Shown here one piece after another: positions 1-7,990 of a DNA stretch of 64,000 bases. The stretch is from a virus (taxonomy: Duplodnaviria; Caudoviricetes), in the IMG/VR virus record IMGVR_UViG_3300037400_002156, positions 1-64,000 of that record. The stretch is one strand, 5' to 3'. A model generated the notes under the pieces. The model made no database searches and was not told the origin of the DNA. It saw only the letters and a list, made by a program, of their open reading frames with translations. A program made the position numbers and the translations under genes. The number at the start of each line of letters is the position of its first letter. Positions within the stretch are counted from its first letter, which is position 1.

Positions 1-621
1 GTCAATATCTTCACATGCTTTTTCAAGAGTTTTCATTTTTTCACCACTTGTAATTACATCAGACTTCTCCCATTGACTATTTTCGTCATTTCTTTTATAT
101 ACCCACAAATTGTGAAAGTCAACTTGTGCATTTGCATATAATAAGATGTTTGTTTTACCAGCTGTAATACATTCACAGTTAGCAAGAATCTTTGTGTTTT
201 TATCAGGATTAAAGAACTCTTTACCTACATTCTTAAACACTTCAGTGATAGTATCATATGCAGACATATACACTTTTGAAATTGATTCTTTTTCTGCCCA
301 CTTTGCAGCAACATCTGCTTGAAGCATTCCACCGATATTTGAGTTAAGATCACCTTTATTGCGAACAAATACCACTTGGCCATTATTATTTAATGAGCAC
401 TGTATATTCATTCCATCTAATTTCTCTGTAACATCTTCAACTTTTCCAGATAATAAATTATCAATTATTTCTTTAATCTCATTAAGAGTTAACTCAGTAT
501 AATCATATATATGCTTCATGTGCCCAGAAGCGCCACCTTCAAATAGTGTTTTATTTTCTAAAGCAATTACTCTATCTTCTAATTCATAGACTTTATCTTT
601 AAATTTATTATCATATTTCAT
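1..621 (-). CDS. Partial gene running off the left edge; putative ligase-superfamily nucleotidyltransferase
   Basis: Not in ORF track. ATG at 621 after RBS AGGAG; hand translation MKYDNKFKDKVYELEDRVIALENKTLFEGGASGHMKHIYD...VTEKLDGMNIQC; TEKLDG fits ligase motif I KxDG. Confidence 0.6.
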   Translation of the reverse strand, partial: MKYDNKFKDKVYELEDRVIALENKTLFEGGASGHMKHIYDYTELTLNEIKEIIDNLLSGKVEDVTEKLDGMNIQCSLNNNGQVVFVRNKGDLNSNIGGMLQADVAAKWAEKESISKVYMSAYDTITEVFKNVGKEFFNPDKNTKILANCECITAGKTNILLYANAQVDFHNLWVYKRNDENSQWEKSDVITSGEKMKTLEKACEDID

Positions 622-641
622 TTAATCACTATCTCCTAATA

Positions 642-673
642 ATAAAGCGTCTTCATATATGAAGACGCTTTAT
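642..673. terminator. 32-bp perfect palindrome, likely intrinsic terminator of nrdD
   Basis: ataaagcgtcttcata|tatgaagacgctttat just after the nrdD stop. Confidence 0.75.
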
Positions 674-678
674 ATGTT

Positions 679-3213
679 TTATTTAGCTAAATACGTATTA
701 TATTTGATATACTCAACAGTTCTTTCATCACAATCACAATCGTCTAAATGATTAAACACTCTCGATTCAAACTCTTCTTTTCTACCATTATTCCAACTTT
801 TTATCTTTGTTAAATAGCCAATTATGCGAGTTGCAAATGAAAGATTCTTACTATGACATTTAGGGCATTCTTTTACAGGTATATTTACAATCTTACCACA
901 ATCATCGCACTCTGTCATTGGAATATTAAATGTCAAATAATTGCAACCATTAGCTGCAGCGTATTCTAATAAATGCTTATACTGTGTTGATGATAAATGA
1001 GAGTCTAAATTGACATGACAAGCTGAGCCACCATCTAAAAAATCTCCAATATAATCTTTTCCATGCATTTTAATTTTGTCTAACACAGAAACAGTATTAT
1101 CATTAGGTTTAAATATGTAGCTCGCATAAAGGTTTGTATCTTCAGGAACCCAATAACCATCATCTCGATCCCAATTGTAGTTCTTGATAGCGAGTGATTC
1201 TGCTGGGACCTGCTCAGTATTAAATATTAAGTGATGTTTGCTTGTTTTATCTTTATGCAATTCATTCTGTTCTTTAAAGAATGAAAATATCTCTTGACAG
1301 AATCTTGCATACTTATCATTAACGTCACATTTAATACCAAGAAATTCAGCAGCCTGATTTAGACCGTTTAGCCCTAAAGTTAAATATTGTTTGTTTAAGT
1401 CAATAAACCCTGCACGATACGCTGGTAACAAATTAGCATCATACATATCCCACAATAGTTCATTGTATGCATGATGGTATTTATACACACGGTCAAGCAA
1501 TTTAGAAAGATATTTCTTCAATGAAGGATAATATGATTCATCAAAAGTGAATACTTCTTCTCGCCTCTCACATTCTTTTCTATACCACATTTGAATAAGA
1601 CGGCTTAAATTGAAAGTAATAACAGATTTACTTCCTGTCTGAATTCCAATGTTTCCGTTTGTGAAATTAAATTCTTTTGTCTGTAGCTTGTTCTTTAATC
1701 TACAATTATGTGTAATTATGCCATTTGCTAAAACAAAATATGGTGAATTGTGATCATCTAATTCAATACAGTATACCTCAGTAGGACTCTCAATCTTTTC
1801 TACAGATTCAATCTCTACAGGAATCATTTCACTATTATCTTCTGACTCTAGATTAAACTGTGCTTTATCAGCAAGTAATTTAGAATTTACTGTTAAACTA
1901 TTAGCTTCAACATCTACTATATAGCCATTACTTGTTAAAACAGGAAATACATGATCGTGTGTAGCTATTATTGAAGTCCAGTCAGCTCTGTATTTAAATG
2001 TTATTTTATACAGATCTGATGAATGTGCTTTTATAAATTTACCAGATACCCATTTCCTATCACCTGTATATGGATTAAAACCAAGTACCTCAATCTTATC
2101 ATCTTTGTGTTCATTGTATGCTTCACCAATAGGCTCACATTTTTCAAAATGATTATCGCCATTTACTGCATACATAATCCTTGTATCTTTATCAAAACAA
2201 CAACTTGATAATGAGTCAACACTATCGGAGATGTATGTAAAAAATGAATGACCTCTTGAATATTCTTCACATACAAATTTAAACATTTCTTCATCTTCAA
2301 ATTTGCCATCTTTATATAACAATGTAACTGTCTCTACAGGAAACGTTAAAATAGTTTTTAGCCGCTCTGCATTAAACCATTTCATGAACTCCATTTGAAT
2401 CCATTTAAGCGATTCCCAATCAGGTCTTGTTCCATCTGGAAAATAAAATTCTCCAAACATACCTTCAAAGAATGGTTTATCAAAGTACGAGAAGTTAACA
2501 AATGCAGATTGAAATCCACGAGCTGCAGCAGGTTGGTTGATAGTATATATTATCTGCTGCCAATACTGTTGAATTTCTTTTAAAATTGTTCTCTGTGTAC
2601 CATCGCATGTGGTTTCAACTACTTCATCTGGACGAAGATAAAAATCATCTCCCCATTCTTTTTTACAGAAATATGTGAAATATAATAAAGCTTCACTTAC
2701 TGCAACTGCACCGGCAAATTGTGAACTTACCGCAAAGATCATATTGCAGAATATGCCGCAAAATGATTTTAGATTCTTTGGAGATGCTGATAGACCGCCA
2801 AGCCCTTTAATGCCATCAATAAGGAACGGATACATCGTGACTGAAACACAGTATGGAGAGATTGCTCCAGCAAATGACGACTCATCATGTTTATAAATAA
2901 CATGATCTTCAAGATCTCTAACATATCGCTTTGCATTAAAATCTGGATAAAGCTCTTTTAGTTTATCCATTACCATTGCACGTGAAATTCTAATATTGTC
3001 TGGCTTATGAATTTCTGCGTTCAATATTGCAATGTTACGACCGGATACATTGCTGTTATCATCTATAGTAGCATTTGCTGTGTTAGATGATCTCTTAAAT
3101 CTTTCAATAAATTCAATTTTATTTTTTACAAACTCGTCTTTAGCCTCACTGTCAGAATCTTGGTTAATTGCATCAAAAACTTCACTCTTTTCTTTACAGA
3201 TTAAATCATCCAT
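679..3213 (-). CDS. nrdD: Anaerobic (class III) ribonucleoside-triphosphate reductase, intein-containing
   Basis: SSQFAGAVA, SSC[intein]CRL finger loop, EQVPAESLA, GGSACH, CDDC..CPKC zinc site, glycyl-radical motif RIIGYL; no ATP cone. Confidence 0.95.
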   Translation of the reverse strand: MDDLICKEKSEVFDAINQDSDSEAKDEFVKNKIEFIERFKRSSNTANATIDDNSNVSGRNIAILNAEIHKPDNIRISRAMVMDKLKELYPDFNAKRYVRDLEDHVIYKHDESSFAGAISPYCVSVTMYPFLIDGIKGLGGLSASPKNLKSFCGIFCNMIFAVSSQFAGAVAVSEALLYFTYFCKKEWGDDFYLRPDEVVETTCDGTQRTILKEIQQYWQQIIYTINQPAAARGFQSAFVNFSYFDKPFFEGMFGEFYFPDGTRPDWESLKWIQMEFMKWFNAERLKTILTFPVETVTLLYKDGKFEDEEMFKFVCEEYSRGHSFFTYISDSVDSLSSCCFDKDTRIMYAVNGDNHFEKCEPIGEAYNEHKDDKIEVLGFNPYTGDRKWVSGKFIKAHSSDLYKITFKYRADWTSIIATHDHVFPVLTSNGYIVDVEANSLTVNSKLLADKAQFNLESEDNSEMIPVEIESVEKIESPTEVYCIELDDHNSPYFVLANGIITHNCRLKNKLQTKEFNFTNGNIGIQTGSKSVITFNLSRLIQMWYRKECERREEVFTFDESYYPSLKKYLSKLLDRVYKYHHAYNELLWDMYDANLLPAYRAGFIDLNKQYLTLGLNGLNQAAEFLGIKCDVNDKYARFCQEIFSFFKEQNELHKDKTSKHHLIFNTEQVPAESLAIKNYNWDRDDGYWVPEDTNLYASYIFKPNDNTVSVLDKIKMHGKDYIGDFLDGGSACHVNLDSHLSSTQYKHLLEYAAANGCNYLTFNIPMTECDDCGKIVNIPVKECPKCHSKNLSFATRIIGYLTKIKSWNNGRKEEFESRVFNHLDDCDCDERTVEYIKYNTYLAK
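1705..2199 (-). mobile_element. 165-aa mini-intein in NrdD
   Basis: Starts CFDKDT, block B ATHDHVFPV, block F VYCIEL, ends ITHN followed by +1 Cys; no endonuclease motifs. Confidence 0.92.
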
Positions 3214-3254
3214 ACAAAAATAAAACCCCTATACACTATCACATGTAATAATAC

Positions 3255-3548
3255 TTACTTAGAACGTCTTTTACGAACTCTTTTATTATCAGAAACTTTC
3301 TCCTTTAAGAGCTTTAAATCAACTCTGTCATTAAATGGAATCAGTCTTTTACTAACAACAGGCTTAAGATAATTGCAATTATTACTTATCTCATAAACAC
3401 CGTACCATTCAATCTTCGAATCATTTAATTCTTCTATATAATTTAGAGCTTCATTCTTAGATGCAAAATCTACGTGATAATTTGAATTATTGCTTCTTAT
3501 ACACATAAATCTGTATACACTTGACTCTTCTGATCTTTTCTTTGCCAT
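3255..3548 (-). CDS. Hypothetical basic protein
   Basis: 97-aa ORF, GGAG RBS, ATATCAA motif upstream. Confidence 0.7.
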   Translation of the reverse strand: MAKKRSEESSVYRFMCIRSNNSNYHVDFASKNEALNYIEELNDSKIEWYGVYEISNNCNYLKPVVSKRLIPFNDRVDLKLLKEKVSDNKRVRKRRSK

Positions 3549-3623
3549 TATTCTGCTCCATAGAATATAGTAATAAACTTGATATAATGTACACAGTGCG
3601 ATTTTATAAATTAAGATACATTG

Positions 3624-3652
3624 AAACCGTATAGATTAAATCTATACGGTTT
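3624..3652 (-). terminator. Intrinsic terminator hairpin
   Basis: aaaccgtatagat-taa-atctatacggttt, 6 nt after the TGA of the -1-frame extension. Confidence 0.75.
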
Positions 3653-3658
3653 ATGACA

Positions 3659-4054
3659 TCACCCTACAGAGAACTCATTTGTAATAAATACACCATCTGC
3701 GCCCTGATGTTCTTCTACAACTTGGTCTTCTACTACAGGTGATTGAATATCCTCTATCACTACAGTGATAACTACATCACCAATAACAGTGACTGTTGCA
3801 TATTCATCTGGATCATATTCTGTAGTAGAATCATTCATTGTTACAGAGTAAGATACTACATGTTTATTTTCATTTGTAATAAATGGTTTAAATGTAATAG
3901 ATACTTCAGATTCAACTTCACATGGATTCTGAACTTCTACGTTGTTGTCATCTTTTATTACAAAGTCGTTATCATTGCCAGTCCATGTAACGCTATAATA
4001 AGTTACTTCTGTGTTTGGATCCTGATTAGCTGGATCATCAGGGTCAGTTACTAA
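3659..4054 (-). CDS. -1 frame C-terminal extension (131 aa, Ig-like) of the 4051..4824 protein
   Basis: Open frame LVTDPDDPANQDPNTEVTYYSVTWTG...NEFSVG*, no start codon at its 5' end, entered via A AAC CCT TAG. Confidence 0.7.
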   Translation of the reverse strand, partial: LVTDPDDPANQDPNTEVTYYSVTWTGNDNDFVIKDDNNVEVQNPCEVESEVSITFKPFITNENKHVVSYSVTMNDSTTEYDPDEYATVTVIGDVVITVVIEDIQSPVVEDQVVEEHQGADGVFITNEFSVG

Positions 4055-4824
4055 GGGTTTTCTGGATCAATAAACGCAGCCTCGTTTATAGCAATAGTAG
4101 TGTCATGATCAATTTCTATTGTAACATCTTCAGTAGAAATATTATATTTTGTTGATTGACCATCAATAACTACATTTGGCGCATCTTTACCACTATAATG
4201 CAATGTAATAGATGACCCAAGCTCTATAGACTCAATTACTACTGGAAATGTTTCATCATGAATACTTACAAAGTCGCCATCATTTATTTTATATGATAAC
4301 AGCGGGTTAGTTATGTTACTATTAATAGTAACAGTGAAAGTATCTGAGGGAACTATAACAGATTCATAGTCGTCTAACGCTTTCGCTGGAATGTTATGTG
4401 TAGTTAAAGCATTAAATCGTGATTCAGGTACTACTACTTTAAGTTCATTAAATGGATAAATAGAACCAACCTTAAAGTAAATGTCTACATCAGTATCACG
4501 AGCACATAGCTTCGTGTTAACATCAGCTGTAGTGCTTTCCATAAGTGTATCACCATTTGCTGGATGAATACTTACCTTGACCTCGTTGACATCTACATCT
4601 TCAGTTAAAGCAAATCTACCATTTACACAACAAATAACGTAACCGCTGTTTACACTAAATGTTGCTAATCCAAGCGGAATAATATGATTATTAATAATAA
4701 GATCTGCAAATAGATTTCTTTTCTTAACCAAAGCTTCTAGGAAATGAATAAACTTCCCAGTGTAGTTTATACCGTCAAGGAATAAGCCATCATCTTTATA
4801 CACAAAAGCATCACTTAAATACAT
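4051..4824 (-). CDS. Putative virion structural protein with C-terminal Ig-like beta domain
   Basis: 257 aa, AAGGAG RBS, beta-strand pattern TFTVTI...SITLHY...VTIEIDHDTTIAI. Confidence 0.6.
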   Translation of the reverse strand: MYLSDAFVYKDDGLFLDGINYTGKFIHFLEALVKKRNLFADLIINNHIIPLGLATFSVNSGYVICCVNGRFALTEDVDVNEVKVSIHPANGDTLMESTTADVNTKLCARDTDVDIYFKVGSIYPFNELKVVVPESRFNALTTHNIPAKALDDYESVIVPSDTFTVTINSNITNPLLSYKINDGDFVSIHDETFPVVIESIELGSSITLHYSGKDAPNVVIDGQSTKYNISTEDVTIEIDHDTTIAINEAAFIDPENP

Positions 4825-4842
4825 ATAACAATCTCCTTATAA

Positions 4843-5025
4843 TTAAGAAACTTCTTCTATGTCTTTTTCTATCTTTAAAATACGACACTCATTACCTGTT
4901 TGGTCTCTTAATATAAGAGTGCGCTCTCTTGCTTCATCAAATGTAGCAAATGAGCATACAAATAGATAAGAGCCATCGTCTATTTTTACTTCAACAGTAT
5001 AGTGTACTGTGTGCTTTTTAAACAT
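4843..5025 (-). CDS. Hypothetical protein
   Basis: Likely start MFKKH at 5025 (track start 5061); tightly packed operon. Confidence 0.6.
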   Translation of the reverse strand: MFKKHTVHYTVEVKIDDGSYLFVCSFATFDEARERTLILRDQTGNECRILKIEKDIEEVS

Positions 5026-5038
5026 TATATATTCTCTG

Positions 5039-5260
5039 CTAATCCTTAGAGAGCTTATCACATATATACAATATATATTTCTCTATATTATTTTCATCTA
5101 TCCCACTAACATTAGATTTAACGTATTTCTCAACAATTGGCTTAAGCTGAGAGTATCTCATTAAGCAAGGACATTGCCCATCGGATTCAATTGCTACGAA
5201 TTTGTCTATATCATCTTGATGAGTTACATAATAGAAAAATGGATTAAATACAAAGTACAT
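5039..5260 (-). CDS. Hypothetical protein
   Basis: 73-aa ORF directly after tdk. Confidence 0.6.
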   Translation of the reverse strand: MYFVFNPFFYYVTHQDDIDKFVAIESDGQCPCLMRYSQLKPIVEKYVKSNVSGIDENNIEKYILYICDKLSKD

Positions 5261-5263
5261 ATA

Positions 5264-5821
5264 TTACTCTCTGTTGTCATTAAAGTGTCTCCAACATCGA
5301 GCTTGAAAGTTATCCCATCCAGGAATAATATTTCCATCTGCATCGATAGAATCTACTTTTGCATTAAAGCTAGCGTGTTTTCCACATATACTACAAATTG
5401 TTTTAATTTCTATGATGTCATCAGCTAGTTCAAATAGCCGCTTAGATGCTTTAAACAAATGAGCAGTAAAATCTGTTTTGAGACCGAAACATAATATATC
5501 GATATCTCTTTCATTTGAAATATTGCGAAGTTGGTTTACTTGCTCTTCTGTTAAGAACTGGCACTCATCTACTAAAATAACATCTGCACTATTTATTTCT
5601 CTTTTATAATCGTAAAAGCTATCTTCTTCAGATATTATAATATCTGCTTTTCGTGGTGGAACATGTGCACGCGTTTCAATTAGCTCACTTCTTGTATCTA
5701 GTGCAGGCTTTACTGTACAGACATTCCAACCAACCTTCTCGTAATTAAAACCAATCGCAAGAAGATTCAAAGTTTTACTACTCGAAACAGTCCCATAGTA
5801 GAATATTAACTTTCCACTCAT
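5264..5821 (-). CDS. tdk: Thymidine kinase
   Basis: YGTVSSSKT P-loop, ILVDECQFL, FGLKTDF, CSICG zinc site. Confidence 0.95.
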   Translation of the reverse strand: MSGKLIFYYGTVSSSKTLNLLAIGFNYEKVGWNVCTVKPALDTRSELIETRAHVPPRKADIIISEEDSFYDYKREINSADVILVDECQFLTEEQVNQLRNISNERDIDILCFGLKTDFTAHLFKASKRLFELADDIIEIKTICSICGKHASFNAKVDSIDADGNIIPGWDNFQARCWRHFNDNRE

Positions 5822-5842
5822 ATTATATTTACTCCAACTATA

Positions 5843-6271
5843 CTACATCAATGAGCCAAATCCAAGAGCTTTATAAAGATCTTCAAGCTGTCTTAAAGGA
5901 TTATCCATATATTTCTGAGCAGTTTCAATTCTCTTCTGCTTTGCTCTATTCTCTTCTTCAATTTCATTCAGAATAACATTTTTACACGCAGAAGTATCAT
6001 TTGTAATAATATGAATGATTGATAGTTTTTGCCATTTTTCTAAATGTGACTCGCATATTAAAGTGTCTATATAACTGCTATTACATTTCTTCTTTTCCCA
6101 GTTATAATATTTAAATGCAGTGTCAAGCTCATCACAACACTGAATGGCTTCGTCTTTCTTGTTTTCAATGATATATTGCATCACTAGTGCTTGGTAGCAA
6201 TTTGGATTGATCATGTTAAAAATATCGTATAATGTTTTTCCATGACTGATTGTATGATTACTCATATTCAT
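5843..6271 (-). CDS. Hypothetical protein
   Basis: 142-aa ORF with GGAG RBS. Confidence 0.7.
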   Translation of the reverse strand: MNMSNHTISHGKTLYDIFNMINPNCYQALVMQYIIENKKDEAIQCCDELDTAFKYYNWEKKKCNSSYIDTLICESHLEKWQKLSIIHIITNDTSACKNVILNEIEEENRAKQKRIETAQKYMDNPLRQLEDLYKALGFGSLM

Positions 6272-6279
6272 AACTCCGA

Positions 6280-6642
6280 TTACTTTATAGTGTCAATTAG
6301 TTTTCTAAAATTATTTTTTACATAGTGTCTGAGAACACCCTTTGGATCAAAATCGTCTTTACTTCCTACAGCTGTATATTTAGCTATATCTTCAGGTCTA
6401 ATCCAAAACACTTTAATATAATTATTTTTCTTATAATCAGGATAATCAACCCAGAATGTTTCAACTATGTGCTTAATGGCGTGATTGAACATATGATTAA
6501 AAGAAATATTTTCTTTAGTATTCTTAAACATATATTCAAGATACTCTTCAAATGAAACAATTTCATTAAAGCCAAGATACTCATACATCTTATCAAGAGC
6601 TGCTTTTTCTACAATATTACATTTATTATATCTTTCAATCAT
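6280..6642 (-). CDS. Hypothetical protein
   Basis: 120-aa ORF with AGGAG RBS. Confidence 0.7.
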   Translation of the reverse strand: MIERYNKCNIVEKAALDKMYEYLGFNEIVSFEEYLEYMFKNTKENISFNHMFNHAIKHIVETFWVDYPDYKKNNYIKVFWIRPEDIAKYTAVGSKDDFDPKGVLRHYVKNNFRKLIDTIK

Positions 6643-6664
6643 ACTTAAATCTCCTATAAAACAA

Positions 6665-6697
6665 AACGGCCAATGTATTTGATATACACTGACCGTT
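6665..6697 (-). terminator. Terminator hairpin with AUCAA loop
   Basis: RNA AACGGUCAGUGUAU-AUCAA-AUACAUUGGCCGUU then UUGUUU; two G-U pairs specific to the minus strand. Confidence 0.7.
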
Positions 6698-6716
6698 ATT
6701 CTATTTTAATGCTATT

Positions 6717-7949
6717 TTAGAACCCAATTACATATCCGAATCTGTCAATCGAGTGAACCTGGCGTATTTGTCCTCTAATATAATCATTTAGTAAAAACTT
6801 AAACTCTCCATCTGGATATGTATCTGAATCAACCGAACATGGAATTGTAAAATTGAGAATCTCTCCTGTAAACTCCGGTGGCATACTTAACGATTCTAAC
6901 TCACTTGTAGTATACTGTCCAAAATTAAATATGTTTTCATACGCTCTGTAATAGTTTTTGCCATTCTTGTAAACAATAACACTATTGTTTGGATTAATAG
7001 GATCTATGGTGCTATGTTCAGAATCTATTTCTTTCTTTCTTGTAAACAATGCAATATGTCTTGGTACAAGATATTGATCAGTAAGAAGCTCATCACATAG
7101 AGATCTCGGATTAACAGTGGCAGTAAATATTAAATGATGTGGATATATAAGTTGATCGTCTGACTTACCGATATAATTATCAAGATCAGAATCATTTACT
7201 CTTACAATTTCCCAATAACGATCTCCGTACCAGAACTGATTAATATCTCCAGTGTATCTATTATTGTCTTCTGGTCCAATATCTTTAACAAAGTTAATGT
7301 CGCATTTAACTGCACCAAGAAGTCCAACTGGAGCTTTTATACCCATTTCAAGCGCCTTTCCTCGAATATACATTTCAGAAAAGTACTGTATGTCTAGTGT
7401 AGAATCATCAGGCTTGTTTATCGAATGACTAGTATCAGAAAGTGAGTCGCCCGCATTGTGTAGCCAATAGCCACTAGCATCGTTAGTAATGCACCATTCA
7501 TGATAGTCATTTTGTGTTACAATTACATCAGATCCACTTATAATATTTCTATCACTTGAGAAGTTCTGCCATATACATGGAAATGGAGGCACAATATTCT
7601 TACACTTATTTATGTATGAGTTTTGACTACCTGGCCATATTGGACTTGACTGTCTGAGAGTTTCTTTGTAGTCTATTATAGTTTCATCACGAATAAAATT
7701 AAACCATTGTGAAGCATGATTGTCGTCAAACTGATTATCTCCTACGGATGTATCGTCTGGTAGATAACCTAACATAATTGATGTGTTATATGGAGCAACT
7801 GGAATAAACTGATCATTATCAGGAGCGGTATCTACATCCCATTGTGGGTTTCCAAGGCCAAACAACATATATGTCTCACTCTGCGCTTCTAATGATTCTT
7901 TAAATTTCTTTGCTTTTAAATATCTTCCATAGTTAGTATATATTGCCAT
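6717..7949 (-). CDS. Putative baseplate wedge protein (T4 gp8-like)
   Basis: N-terminal TNYGRYLKAKKF...YMLFGLGNPQW pattern; end of baseplate/fibre cluster. Confidence 0.55.
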   Translation of the reverse strand: MAIYTNYGRYLKAKKFKESLEAQSETYMLFGLGNPQWDVDTAPDNDQFIPVAPYNTSIMLGYLPDDTSVGDNQFDDNHASQWFNFIRDETIIDYKETLRQSSPIWPGSQNSYINKCKNIVPPFPCIWQNFSSDRNIISGSDVIVTQNDYHEWCITNDASGYWLHNAGDSLSDTSHSINKPDDSTLDIQYFSEMYIRGKALEMGIKAPVGLLGAVKCDINFVKDIGPEDNNRYTGDINQFWYGDRYWEIVRVNDSDLDNYIGKSDDQLIYPHHLIFTATVNPRSLCDELLTDQYLVPRHIALFTRKKEIDSEHSTIDPINPNNSVIVYKNGKNYYRAYENIFNFGQYTTSELESLSMPPEFTGEILNFTIPCSVDSDTYPDGEFKFLLNDYIRGQIRQVHSIDRFGYVIGF

Positions 7950-7990
7950 AATTACTTACTCCAAAGTATTATTATACTTTAACAATGTTA

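Noticed and set aside
3743-4054. 103-aa + strand ORF
   Set aside because: Antisense shadow of the -1-frame extension on the minus strand; no RBS
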